DNA of 64,000 nt from a virus (Duplodnaviria; Caudoviricetes), in the IMG/VR virus record IMGVR_UViG_3300037258_000653, positions 1,353 to 65,352 of that record. One strand, given 5' to 3'. Both the position numbers and the translations under genes were made by a program. Positions 37,685 to 47,664 of the stretch are shown here, piece by piece (within the stretch, counting starts at the first letter, position 1; every line of letters begins with the position of its first letter). The notes under the pieces were generated by a model. That model did not search any database. It was not told where the DNA came from and saw only the letters and a list, made by a program, of their open reading frames with translations.

Positions 37685-38424
37685 GCCTGGGTCACCACGG
37701 CCGGCGACACGATGAGGTCCGTCCGCCCGATCCGGATCCTGTCGCCCTTCGCCAGCAGCGCCGGCCCGTAGACCCGCTCGTCGTTGAGCCACGTGCCGTT
37801 CGTGCTCGCCAGGTCCTCCAGGTACCACCCGTCGTCCCGCAGCACGCACTTCGCGTGCTTTACCGACGCGAACTCATCGGCCACGACCAGGTCCCCCGTC
37901 TTCCCGATCGTGAAGTCAGCGCTGAACAGCAAGCCAGCGCCAGTGCCGCCCCGGATGATCAGCGCCGTCAGCGGAAGCGCCGGGTCCGCATCCCAGCCCG
38001 GCAGGAAACCGGGGTGATCGGACCAGCTCGCCGCGGCAGCGCGCAGCGTCGGGCAGCGATCCAGCGTCGCCGACCTCGGCCGGCCGCGCCCGTCCTGCCC
38101 GCAGCCCAGGCAATGCGGCAGCCGCGCCTCGATCGTGCCGTCCTCGCCGTGCCGCTCCGCCCAGGTGCAGTGCTCGCGGCGGATCCGGCGCTTCACCTCG
38201 ATCTCCCGCAGCATCCGGCCGGTCGCGGACGGCGGCAGCCCGCGCAGTTCCTGCGCCGCGATGATCTCCCTCGTTGCCTGGTCGGCCATCATGGCCATCA
38301 GCACGCTGACGAGGACCTCACGTTCCTCTTCGCTCTCCCCGGCCTGGGCCCCGGCCTCGGCCATTGACGACAGGAACTCCGCGTCATCAGCCAGCCGGCC
38401 GTCGATGAAACCGCCGATGCTCAC
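37681..38424 (-). CDS. DUF6221-like domain fused to an FHA domain
   Basis: FIDGRLADD..REIEVKRRI..WSDHPGF; IGK..ASVKHA..WYLEDLASTNGTWLN..LAKGDRIRIG. Confidence 0.8.
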   Translation of the reverse strand: MSIGGFIDGRLADDAEFLSSMAEAGAQAGESEEEREVLVSVLMAMMADQATREIIAAQELRGLPPSATGRMLREIEVKRRIRREHCTWAERHGEDGTIEARLPHCLGCGQDGRGRPRSATLDRCPTLRAAAASWSDHPGFLPGWDADPALPLTALIIRGGTGAGLLFSADFTIGKTGDLVVADEFASVKHAKCVLRDDGWYLEDLASTNGTWLNDERVYGPALLAKGDRIRIGRTDLIVSPAVVTQA

Positions 38425-38448
38425 GCTTCCCCATCCTGCCGCAGGCCG

Positions 38449-38847
38449 CTAAGCCGGGACTACCACGAGCGACGTCCGGCCCACGCCGATCCAGTCGCCC
38501 TTCGCCAGCGGCACCGGCCCGTGCACCCGCTGCCCGTTCAGCCGCGTCCCGCTCGTGCTCGCCAGGTCCTCCAGGTACCACACGCCGTCCGCGAGCCGGG
38601 CCAGCGCATGCTTCCCCGACGCGTGCTCATCGGCCACGGCCAGGTCCCCGGCCTGCCCGATCACGAAATCCCCGGTGAACATCGACGGCTCGCCGCCCCG
38701 CGGCTGGATGATCAGCACGGTGCTCGCCATTCCGCCGGAGGCCGCGCGGCCGAGCCCGGCCAGTGCCTCGGCCGCTTCCCGCGCCGCGGCGCCGATACCG
38801 CCGATGTCGTGCTCGGCGCCCGCGATGCCGGCCTCGTCCGTGTTCAT
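38449..38847 (-). CDS. FHA domain protein
   Basis: IGQ..ASGKHA..WYLEDLASTSGTRLNG..LAKGDWIGVG. Confidence 0.85.
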   Translation of the reverse strand: MNTDEAGIAGAEHDIGGIGAAAREAAEALAGLGRAASGGMASTVLIIQPRGGEPSMFTGDFVIGQAGDLAVADEHASGKHALARLADGVWYLEDLASTSGTRLNGQRVHGPVPLAKGDWIGVGRTSLVVVPA

Positions 38848-39169
38848 GGCCGAAGCGTAGCCCCGGCCCCGGATGGTCACCATCCGGCGGCCGCCGCGCG
38901 CCGCGGTCCTGGCCGCGCGCCAGATGCTAGATGTACTCCGCCGCCTCCGGGTGCAGCTCGATCCACCGGTCCCGGTGGCGGCTCATCCAGTGCAGCGTGA
39001 TCACGGCAAGATCTGAGCAGAGCGGATCCCGCCGCAGGAGATCCGCGCAAGCGGTGCAGCGGATCCAGCCCGGCGGCCTCGCCCGCAGCGGATCACGCAT
39101 GACGACCATCCTCCCGCAGGTTTCGGCCCTCCCGCCGTACGCCGCCACGATGGTTACCCTCCGTCGCCA

Positions 39170-39310
39170 CAGCGCATTCTGGCGAATGTGGAGGGGGGGA
39201 TTGGGAGGGCGGCGCTCTGGGGCGCCGTTGACCCACTGGACTTTTCCGCGATCACACGATGATAGATATGTGTGTTTATGCAGGTCAGAGGCATGTTGAT
39301 AAGTGCTGCT
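39170..39310. other. Putative packaging (cos-like) region
   Basis: Apparently non-coding and AT-richer, with G/C runs (minus strand: gaaaagtcc..cgccgccctcccaatcccccctcc); lies between the HNH/ATPase genes and the terminase. Confidence 0.35.
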
Positions 39311-40150
39311 GATGGTGGCGGATAGTTTGGCGGACTCGGTGCCGGTGTGTGGTGCCGCAGTAGCGGCCGGAGTTTTCGTGTCCAGGGACGGGTGGTTTCT
39401 GGCCAGGATCGCGGTGACAGGGTGTGGCACGGCCGCAGGTAGCGGGCGGGGACGCTGGCCGGGGTCCAGGCATGGGCTCGCCGGGGCGGGGCCGGCCTGC
39501 CGGGCTGGCTGCGGGTAGCCGGGCCGGGGGTCTCGCCAGGTACTGGCCTGGCCGCGCGGGCCAGGCCAGTACCTGGGCCCGGGCGGCCTTCCGGCTGGTG
39601 CCTGGCCAGCCGCCCTTCGCCGGCCAGGCCGGGCCAGCGGCTGGGCGGGGGTGCTATTGGCCGGGCGCTGCGGCTCGTAGCATGACCCTGTTCCGGACTT
39701 GGAGGCGACGGTGGAGCGTGCTGAGGAGTATCCGTGATTGCGCCACGGCAGTGGAGGCTTCGCTGGTGGGATGGGTCGCTCTGGTGGCGCACCGGCGGCT
39801 GCCGTGCGCGACGCTGCTGACGGCCTTGTCGCGTCCTGAGATGCGGAATGAGATCAGGAAGCTGGCCAGGCGCCGGGCGACTCGCGGCCGGGCGAAGAGA
39901 TGAGCGCCGGTCCCGGGAGCTAAAAGCGGCGGTAGAGCGCGATGGGCCGCCGGATCAGGATCACCGGGACTTCACGCATGATCTCCTGGATCGCGTGGAT
40001 CTCGTCATCGGTCTTGTCGAGGGGGACCAGGAGCGGCTGCGAGAACCATCGATACGGGTAATAGCCGCGCGGCCAGAACCTCAGCCGGGGCGCCGGATCG
40101 GTGCTCGGGCCCGCGCTTCTCACAGGGCCAGCGTATGCGCGGGGAGCTGG

Positions 40151-40579
40151 CTACCAGCGCGTGGTGGGCGCGGGCTGGGCTCCGGCGTCCTGGCGAGCCA
40201 GGTACTGGTCGATGCGGTGGTGCCATTGCGGCGGCCGTTTCGCCGCGGTCGCGCGGGCGTGGAGCTCCCCGGGCGTTGCGGTGCAGTGGACGATGCGGGC
40301 GTTCGCGGCGGCGTACTGGGCGCGGCGGGCTGGTCCGGGGTCGGTGTCGATGATCCAGACGCGGTAGCCCTTGCGGTGCCATTTGAGGGCCTCGACGATG
40401 GCGGCGTGGCGGGCTTCCCTGGTGACGGCGGTGATGTGGTCGCTGTGGCCGTGGCTGGTCTGCGAGCCGAGCGCCTGGGCGAGCTGGTCGTAGTCGATGA
40501 GGAGGTCGCCGGGGTGCGCGTGCTGGGCGGCGTAGGTGGTCTTGCCGCTGCAGGGCGCGCCGGTGATGACGGTCAGCAT
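40151..40579 (-). CDS. Small P-loop ATPase/kinase
   Basis: VITGAPCSGKTTY..LIDYDQLA; typical neighbour of packaging HNH genes. Confidence 0.85.
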   Translation of the reverse strand: MLTVITGAPCSGKTTYAAQHAHPGDLLIDYDQLAQALGSQTSHGHSDHITAVTREARHAAIVEALKWHRKGYRVWIIDTDPGPARRAQYAAANARIVHCTATPGELHARATAAKRPPQWHHRIDQYLARQDAGAQPAPTTRW

Positions 40580-40917
40580 GGCCCGGGGTTGGTCTCGGAT
40601 ATCGAGGACACCTTGCCGTCGACGAGGGTGACGATGGCCGCCGGCGTCCTGAGCATGAGCTGCTTGACTTGCTCCTCGTATGCGAGCCTGCGCTGAATGG
40701 CTTCGCTGTAGTCCGGCATGCAGGCCATGATCAGCCCCTGCAGGATGTACTCGGCCTGGACTGGGTTCGTGCCGGGTGTGTGCTCGAGGACGAAGCCCAG
40801 CTTGGTGAGGGCGCGGCTGAGGAACTCGTACTCGCCCAGGAAGAGCGCGTCTGGCGGCTCGTGGATTCCCTGCCGCTGGAGGTGGTCGGCGAGCATCTGG
40901 TCGGTGTCGAAGTACAT
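40573..40917 (-). CDS. Hypothetical protein
   Basis: RBS ggagga; MYFDTDQ... Confidence 0.6.
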   Translation of the reverse strand: MYFDTDQMLADHLQRQGIHEPPDALFLGEYEFLSRALTKLGFVLEHTPGTNPVQAEYILQGLIMACMPDYSEAIQRRLAYEEQVKQLMLRTPAAIVTLVDGKVSSISETNPGPC

Positions 40918-40934
40918 GGCGGTTCCTCCGGGGG

Positions 40935-41267
40935 TTACCAGGTGGTGGTGGGGCGCGGCGCGGGGTCCGCGGGCCGGGTGTTCTGCGCGGCGCGGTAGCC
41001 GCCGCCTTCGAGGGCGGTCTTGCGGGCGTGGCAGGACGCGGGGCCTGAGCAGAGGGCGCGGAGGTTGGCCAGGTCGTGGGTGCCGCCCTGGCTGACGGGG
41101 ATGGTGTGGTCGACCTGGAGGCGGCGGCCTCGGCGGCGGCATGCTGAGCACTTGCCGTAGCGGCCGCCGGCCTGCTCCAGGACGATGGCGGCGTTGCGGA
41201 CGTACTCGGAGTCGTGGTAGGTCGCGTCGGATGCGGCGCGGGTTTCGGGGGTGTTCTTCCACGGCAT
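40935..41267 (-). CDS. HNH endonuclease (HK97 gp74-like packaging HNH)
   Basis: CSAC..QVDHTIPVSQGG..NLRALC..CHARKT. Confidence 0.9.
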   Translation of the reverse strand: MPWKNTPETRAASDATYHDSEYVRNAAIVLEQAGGRYGKCSACRRRGRRLQVDHTIPVSQGGTHDLANLRALCSGPASCHARKTALEGGGYRAAQNTRPADPAPRPTTTW

Positions 41268-41599
41268 GGCTACCGCCTGGTGCGGCGCCCCTGGTACAGG
41301 CGGGTGCTGGCGTGGCCGAGGATGCCGCCGGCGGTCTCGCGGCGGTGAGCGAGGAGCCAGGTGGATGCGCGGGTGAGGTGGTGCGCGCACCACCAGCGGA
41401 TCCGGGTGCGGACAGGCAGGTCGGCTACCTGGCTGATGGCTGCCCAGCTGCCCGGCCGCATGCGCTTCTGGGCCGCGTGCCAGCGCCGCTCGAGCTCGGC
41501 AATCTGCTCCGTGCTGAGGCTCACTGCGGTGCTCCCGGGCTGGGCAGTGGTTCCGTGCTGGTCAGCCCGCGCATCAGGGAATGTCCTCAGGCCCGATCG

Positions 41600-41887
41600 T
41601 CACGGGAGCCGCCATTCTGCCCGGTAGCCCGGGTGGTCGCGCCAGGCCGCGGCGTCGAGCTTGACGGCGACTGCGGCGGCGCGGGCCCGGCCGATGGCCA
41701 TGGCCTGGGCGACGCGGGTTGCGTGCTGGTCGGCGAGGAGCCGGTTCATGTCGGCGGTGGCTTCGGCGAGCTGGGTGACGCGGCTGCGTTTGGCCTCGAT
41801 GTCGTCCAGGATGCGGTGGGTCGCGATCGGCGGATAGCCGTCGCGCAGGGAGCAGGCGACGGCCGCGGCGACTTCCGGGGCACTCAT
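41600..41887 (-). CDS. DUF6221-like protein
   Basis: RILDDIEAKR..AAWRDHPGYRAEWR. Confidence 0.7.
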   Translation of the reverse strand: MSAPEVAAAVACSLRDGYPPIATHRILDDIEAKRSRVTQLAEATADMNRLLADQHATRVAQAMAIGRARAAAVAVKLDAAAWRDHPGYRAEWRLP

Positions 41888-41945
41888 CACCGAGGCGGGG
41901 ATCATCGGCGCGACGCCGACGGCCGCCGCGATGGCATGGCGAGCC

Positions 41946-42425
41946 TCATAGGTCCGGGTGCCATTCCGGCCGGTAATCGGGATGGCCGTCCCAGATCGCG
42001 GCGACATCGATGACGTCGCGTTTCAGCGCGGCGGCGATCTTCTCCCAGGCTGTTTTCTCGGCGCCGGTGCTCACGACGGCCGCCGCGCCGGCGCACTCGT
42101 AGCGGTTGATGATCTTCCGCATGGCCGCGATCTCGCGCAGGGCGCGGAACGGGTCGTGGCCAGCTATGAAGATTGCATCTGCGCGGGTGAAACCGCGTTC
42201 GCGGAGCCTGTCGGCGCCGTACCACGGCCTGTCGGCGCCGTGCCACGGCAGCTCCTGGCCAAGCAGGCCGCGTGCCGCGTTTGCCTGGGCCTCTTCCTTG
42301 TCCAGGCGCGCCGCCACGAACATCGGAAGCGCCATCAGCGCCTGCCAGTCAGCATGCCGGGCGGCGCGGGCCTGGCGGCTGGCTGCCAGGCGTTCCTGGC
42401 GGGCGTGCTTGTCACTGATGTTCAT
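41946..42425 (-). CDS. DUF6221-like protein
   Basis: FVAARLDKEE..HDPFRALREIAAMRKII..WDGHPDYRPEW. Confidence 0.8.
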   Translation of the reverse strand: MNISDKHARQERLAASRQARAARHADWQALMALPMFVAARLDKEEAQANAARGLLGQELPWHGADRPWYGADRLRERGFTRADAIFIAGHDPFRALREIAAMRKIINRYECAGAAAVVSTGAEKTAWEKIAAALKRDVIDVAAIWDGHPDYRPEWHPDL

Positions 42426-42748
42426 GGCCGCCGCGCTTCCGGGTAGTCCGGATGGTCGCTCCAGGTCGCAGCTACCTGGCTGAGCACGTCTTCCAGCGTA
42501 TTCCGCTTGGCGGCCACGTCGCGGAGCGCCCAGCCGGGGTCTTGCACTGGCTGGGCGCCGGTCAGCATGCCGGGGCATCGCTGCCACTGCCACTGGCCGT
42601 GGTGGGTGTATCCGGTGATCCCGATCAGGTTGCGCAGCGGGATCACCGGGTGCCCGCAGCGGATGCAGAGGTGCCCGTTGATGCAGCGCTCGAGGTCGTC
42701 GAGGCGCGCGGCGGTGAACGCCGCCAGCGCGGCCGGAGGCGGTGTCAT
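42422..42748 (-). CDS. DUF6221-like protein
   Basis: FTAARLDD..DPGWALRDVAAKR..WSDHPDY. Confidence 0.75.
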   Translation of the reverse strand: MTPPPAALAAFTAARLDDLERCINGHLCIRCGHPVIPLRNLIGITGYTHHGQWQWQRCPGMLTGAQPVQDPGWALRDVAAKRNTLEDVLSQVAATWSDHPDYPEARRP

Positions 42749-43101
42749 GGCCGCTGGCCGCGTTTCCAGTTGCAGCGCCGGAGCGTGTGCCTGCGCCAGT
42801 CCCCGGTTTCCCAGATCCCGCGTTTCCAGGTGCCGTCGCGGCCCTTCTTCTCCGGGACGGCGCAGATCCGGGTGCCGCAGCATTCGCAGGGGATCGGCTC
42901 GGTGGCCTGGTCGCCGGCGGTGATGTAAGGGCAGCTTTCTGCGGTGCAGCGGCAGTCTTCGGCGAGGTCAGGATTGGTGGCGACCTGGGCGGCGAGGTCC
43001 AGGTGGTCGCTGAGGATCCGGCGCTCGGACGTCCAGGTGCTGAGGTAGATGCGGCGGGATGAGGTGTCAGCGAGGGCTGCGCCCGGGTCTGGCGAGGGCA
43101 T
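42745..43101 (-). CDS. Cys-rich hypothetical protein
   Basis: CRC..C..CECC..C; ATGA overlap. Confidence 0.5.
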   Translation of the reverse strand: MPSPDPGAALADTSSRRIYLSTWTSERRILSDHLDLAAQVATNPDLAEDCRCTAESCPYITAGDQATEPIPCECCGTRICAVPEKKGRDGTWKRGIWETGDWRRHTLRRCNWKRGQRP

Positions 43102-43154
43102 GGCCCAAGGCTATCGGCGGTCCTGGCGTGGTGCGGGCGGCCTAGGCTCGCGGC

Positions 43155-43466
43155 ATGGTCGCGGATGATCGGACGCTTGCCGATGAGGTCATCGACCTCG
43201 CGGAGATCTACGCCGGTGACTACCCGGCGCCCCTGTCGGCGTGGCAGCAGCAGTTGCTCCGCCAGCTGTTCAGCGAGCCGCGCCCGCGGGCCTGCCTGGC
43301 GCACGCCGCGGGGACGGCCATGGCGCGGCGGAACATCCAGCGGCTCGTCATCGAGCAGCAGGTGCTGCACGGTGAGCATGTCCACGTCGCCACGCCGGGC
43401 GGCACGTTCTGCGCGGGCGGCGATCCGGGCTGCCCGCTGCCGCAGTGGGAACGCCCTGGCTTGTGA
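43155..43466 (+). CDS. Hypothetical protein
   Basis: ORF after a TAGGCT -10-like box; contains LSAWQ. Confidence 0.55.
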   Translation: MVADDRTLADEVIDLAEIYAGDYPAPLSAWQQQLLRQLFSEPRPRACLAHAAGTAMARRNIQRLVIEQQVLHGEHVHVATPGGTFCAGGDPGCPLPQWERPGL

Positions 43467-44143
43467 TGACGGCCGGGCTGGCCCGCTGGGAAGATGGCCG
43501 CATGATGATGAACGAGGCTACGGCGGCTGCTGACGCGGAGTGGATGCCCCGGATGGCCGGCGAGCTGTACGAGCACGCCGGGGGCTCCCTCACCGCCGCG
43601 CAGGACGAGGTGATCGCCGCGCTGTACGCGGCCGGGCCGGACGGCCGGCCGAAGTCGGGTGTGGTGGCCGCCTGCCTCCCGCCAGGGGAGGAGCTGCCGG
43701 GGCTGCATGCGGCGGTGGTGCTGGCGTGGCTGTTCCTGGAGGAGCGCCAGCGGATCCTGTGGTCCGCGCCGGGCACGGACGCTTGCCGCCACGCGCACCA
43801 GGACCTGGCTGACCTGATCACCGGCGTCCCGGAGCTGGCCGCCGGAACGCGGATTTCCTGGGCGAACGGGGCGCAGGAGATCCGCTCGGCCACCGGCAGC
43901 GTGGTGCGTTTCCGGGCGCGCCGGCCGCGCCGGGATCTCAGCCTGCGCGGCGTCACCGGGCGCCGGGTCCTGGTCACTGAGGCCAGGGAACTCTCGGACT
44001 GGCAGGCCTGGGACCTGGGCGCCGGGGCCACGCAGCAGCTGTGGACGTCGCATCGTGCGCCGCTGCCCGATACTCCGCTGGCCAGCGTCCGCGCGGGCCA
44101 GGCCGTCGCACGCGTCGCCTACTTCGGGCCGGCCGGGCCATGA
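43463..44143 (+). CDS. Degenerate terminase-large-subunit ATPase-domain homologue
   Basis: LTAAQ..PDGR..AWLFL..RILWSA..LITGVPEL..ANGAQEI..GSVVRFRAR..RGVTGRRVLVTEA; Walker A and B degenerate. Confidence 0.65.
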   Translation: MMTAGLARWEDGRMMMNEATAAADAEWMPRMAGELYEHAGGSLTAAQDEVIAALYAAGPDGRPKSGVVAACLPPGEELPGLHAAVVLAWLFLEERQRILWSAPGTDACRHAHQDLADLITGVPELAAGTRISWANGAQEIRSATGSVVRFRARRPRRDLSLRGVTGRRVLVTEARELSDWQAWDLGAGATQQLWTSHRAPLPDTPLASVRAGQAVARVAYFGPAGP

Positions 44144-45030
44144 GCCGTATTTACTTCCACACCCCGTCCGGCGAGGCGGAGCTGTGGGGCGGTGAGAAGG
44201 CATGGCTGCGCAGCGTGTGCGAGGACATGGCGATCGGCCTCCTGCCCGGCGACTGGCGGCACGAGCGGTCCCGCGAGCTGATCGCCCCGGGCCACGACCT
44301 GGCCGACCCGCGCTACCAGCCGCCCCAGGAGTACCTGAGGTGGCGTAACCACCTGGAGACGGCGCTGCAGGTAGGGCACGGCACGCTGGCATGGAACGGC
44401 TGCCACGTCGACGAGTACCACCTCCTGCTGAACACCGTCATGCGGGCGGGCAGCGACCCGGTGAAGCTCGCCGCGCGGATCGCGGGACAGAGCGAGATCC
44501 ACTGCTACATCGAGGGCATCGACCGGGCCTGGGCCGCGCAGCTCATCGACGCCGGGCTCGGCGCGGGGGTGTTCCGCGACCTGTCGGGCATCGCGAACGC
44601 GCCTGGCTGGGATGGCGTAACCCGGCTGCTCCGCGACCGCGACGACGAGCCCGTAGTCCTGTCCTACTCGATCTCGGACCCGTTCCCCGGCCCGTACGCG
44701 CCGGGCTGGACTCCGCCCGAGGACCCGGCGTGGATGCCGGAGTTCTACCGCGGCCGCCCCGGCGACTGGGCGGCCCTGGCCGACGGCGAGCGCGCCCAGG
44801 AGACAGCGGACGCGCTGTGGGAGCGGTGGGAGGAGCTGGGCGCGGCCGAGCAGTGGCGCATCGGGATCACCGCGGTGCGCGCGGAAGAAGCCGGGCTGCG
44901 GATCGACCCGGCGCGGTGGGACGGCTTCCTGTTCGGCCACAAGCTCAGCGTCCTGGACGTGCTCGCCCCTGACTGGCGGGAGCGCCTGGACGCCGCGTTC
45001 CCGGCGCCATCGGCAGCCGTGACCTCGTGA
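44140..45030 (+). CDS. Hypothetical protein
   Basis: ATGA overlap; SRIYFHTPSGEAEL.G.E; GSDPVKLAARI..QSEIHCYIEG. Confidence 0.75.
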   Translation: MSRIYFHTPSGEAELWGGEKAWLRSVCEDMAIGLLPGDWRHERSRELIAPGHDLADPRYQPPQEYLRWRNHLETALQVGHGTLAWNGCHVDEYHLLLNTVMRAGSDPVKLAARIAGQSEIHCYIEGIDRAWAAQLIDAGLGAGVFRDLSGIANAPGWDGVTRLLRDRDDEPVVLSYSISDPFPGPYAPGWTPPEDPAWMPEFYRGRPGDWAALADGERAQETADALWERWEELGAAEQWRIGITAVRAEEAGLRIDPARWDGFLFGHKLSVLDVLAPDWRERLDAAFPAPSAAVTS

Positions 45031-45320
45031 CGGCGCGGACCGGCGCGGGCAACCCGGTCGTCGAGTGCCTGACTCACGGCCCGATGATCTACCGGATGGG
45101 CTGCGACTGGTGGGAATGCGTCGGGTTCGACGGCGAGGGATGCAGCGTGCCTCTTGTCTCCTCGGAGGACGCCGCGCGCGAGGACCACGGGATACCCGGC
45201 ATCAGGGTGACCCGGGCAGCCTGACGCTCAGCGTCGTGCGGCATCGGCCCGGCTGCCGGCAGGCACCGGGCGCGAGAGGAGCACCGTGGTCCGGGCGGAG
45301 CGGGCCGGACCGCAGACAGC

Positions 45321-46347
45321 TCAGGTGGTGACCGGGGCCGTGGTGAGCATCAGCGGCTTGACCGGTTCACCAGTCCGCGAGTCGCGGTCCCCGGCCCAGG
45401 CCGCGAAGCCGTTGCACCGGCACGGCTCATACGGCCCGGGCGTCGCCGACCCGATGTAGCCGTGGCAGACGTCGGTGTTCGCGGTCAGTCCGCTAGCTGC
45501 GTGGACGTGCCAGTGGTGGCCGCAGCCGCATATCGCGGTCTCGGTCATGTGCTGGTCCTTTCGGGGGCTAGGTGGCGGCTGGCCACGCCTAGGCGAGCCG
45601 CGTGCCGAACGGCGCGTCGATGGTCAGCTCGATGTGGTGCTCGGCGCCGATCCCGGTCGGCAGGATGCGCAGCGGCCACGGCGGCATCGGCCGGTCGTCG
45701 CTGGCCGTGCCGACGCCGAGCAGCCATGTGCCGTGCCGGTAGCGGGCCATGACGTGCATCGCGGTGTCGTCGAGGGCGATTAGGCAGGCGTGCCAGCCGA
45801 GGTCGTTCACGGCGGGGCCGCGTGCTTCGTACCGGGCGTGGCCAACGCGGCCGTCGATCTCGATGCCGTCGACGGCGACCGTGCCGTCGCCGACGCCGTG
45901 GATGGTGATCACGGACTGGTCCTCACCCAGCTAGCCGCCCTGGCCTGGGCGCTGGCGAACCTGGGAGCCCGGCGTTCGCGCCGGGTGCTGGCCCGACGGG
46001 CGCGACTGCATCGTGGGTGTCTACGAGCTGGGGTGGCGGGCGTGGAGCCAGCTAGAGCCAGCCTCGGCGCAAGCGGCTGCGCCCGGCGCAGCCGCGACCC
46101 GGCGCCCCGCAGCGACGACGGGTCAGGCATCATCGCGGGCCTGGCTGCTGCCGCGACGGGCCCACGCCCGCGCGAAGACCTGGCCGCTCCACCCGAACGC
46201 GGCCGCGGCGGTGATGGCGGCACTGGCGGTATCCCAGTGGCTGGCCAGTGCCGCGCGGGTGGCTATCGCGGCCATCATCGCCGCGGCCGCGAGAGCCGCC
46301 AGGGACAGGCCGCCGAGGACGCGTACGGTGCCGTCGTCCGGGGTCAT
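45321..46347 (-). CDS. Cluster of small hypothetical genes (45321-45548, 45589-45912, 46123-46347)
   Basis: RBSs and stop/start overlaps. Confidence 0.45.
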
Positions 46348-46640
46348 CGCGTGTTCTCTTTCCGCTGGGCTTCGCTGCGCCGCTCCCCGGCGGACGTCCT
46401 GTCGGCGTGGTCGGCGAGGACCTGCCTGGCTTCGGCCATGGTGATGCTGCCCAGCGTCTCGCGCAGCAGCTCGATGCCCTCACGCTGGCGCTCGGCCTTC
46501 CGCAGCCTGCGCTCGGCTTCTCGCCTGGCGCCGCTGACGACGATCGAGTTCATCGACTGCCGGCTGTCGAATGCCAGCTGGCGCAGCTGCTCGTGCAGCT
46601 CCCTCGGGAAGCGGATGGTCGCCGCCTGCTCGTCTGCCAT
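46344..46640 (-). CDS. Arc/ribbon-helix-helix DNA-binding protein
   Basis: ATIRFPRELHEQLRQLAFDSRQSMNSIVV. Confidence 0.8.
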   Translation of the reverse strand: MADEQAATIRFPRELHEQLRQLAFDSRQSMNSIVVSGARREAERRLRKAERQREGIELLRETLGSITMAEARQVLADHADRTSAGERRSEAQRKENTR

Positions 46641-46872
46641 GTCGCCAAAATATCGTCGTATCAGATTCCGGGCGCGGGGGCATCTGGCCGGCTGGCTGCG
46701 TCCGCGACGACGCGCAGCCTTCCGCCTAGCAACTTGCAGTCCTCAGCAGATACCGAGTAAAAGTCCCTCATGGCCTGGCTGAGGGCCTGTATTCCCTGCT
46801 GGGCCTCAGCCATGGTCACGCCGGGCAGCGCGGCGGCCAGGCGGTCGCGGATCTCCTGCTCGCGGCCGGGGG

Positions 46873-47664
46873 TCACGGAGTCTGCGCCGGGCTGATCACG
46901 AAGGCCGGCAGGCCGTCTTCGCCGTCAGGCATCCGGGCGAGCATCTGCCCGCGGCCGGCCAGCCACGCCCGCAGCGGGCCGTCCATCCCCGGCCGCACGA
47001 CAACCTGGAAGATGCCGTGCCCATCATCGCCCGCGCGCGACGCCGGCGCGGCGAACCGCTCAAGGGCAGGCCAGAGGACGTCGTTACGACCCCATTCCGG
47101 GTCGATGACAGCGACCTGCCAGGCGTCGCAGGCAGCGCCGATCGTGTCGGGATGGCACGGGCTGAGCGTGTCGGCCAGCTCGTCCGGGCCGCAGGCAGCG
47201 CCGAACCAGGTGACCGGCTTCTCGTCGGCGCACGTCACCGGGATGGCATCCCGGTAGGAGACGCCCTGCACGTCGCGGCCGCGACGGGCGGTCAAGATGA
47301 GGCGGGTACCTGCGATGGCGGCGCGGAGACGGGCCACGGCCTGGTCGTCAGCGAGTCCGGTGACCCCTGCGCGCTGCTCCCATACGCGGTCGTCGTAGCC
47401 GGCGCAGGGCGCCTCGGCGGCCTGTGAGCAGTCGGTCCGGAAGCCGGCCCGGTTGACCGCGGCGAGCAGCGGGACGAGGACATCTGACCGGTCGATGTCG
47501 GAGCGGCCGAAGTAGCCGGGCTGCGATGCCAGGGTTCCCTCGATCCACTGCGCTGTCAGCTCGCCGAGGTCGGCCAGCGTCCGCGCTGACTGCCAGGCCG
47601 CGGCATTCTCCGGGCTCATGACGTCGTCGTCAGCGGGTGTCTCTGCCTGGGGGCGCGTCACCAC
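46873..47664 (-). CDS. DUF6919-like hypothetical protein
   Basis: WQSARTLADLGELTAQWIEG..QPGY..NRAGF.T..SQ..WEQRA.V.G..DPEWGRND.LW. Confidence 0.65.
   Translation of the reverse strand: MVTRPQAETPADDDVMSPENAAAWQSARTLADLGELTAQWIEGTLASQPGYFGRSDIDRSDVLVPLLAAVNRAGFRTDCSQAAEAPCAGYDDRVWEQRAGVTGLADDQAVARLRAAIAGTRLILTARRGRDVQGVSYRDAIPVTCADEKPVTWFGAACGPDELADTLSPCHPDTIGAACDAWQVAVIDPEWGRNDVLWPALERFAAPASRAGDDGHGIFQVVVRPGMDGPLRAWLAGRGQMLARMPDGEDGLPAFVISPAQTP

Noticed and set aside
35650-39300. Invertible segment containing the terminase
   Set aside because: No flanking inverted repeats found by eye and no invertase/recombinase in the window
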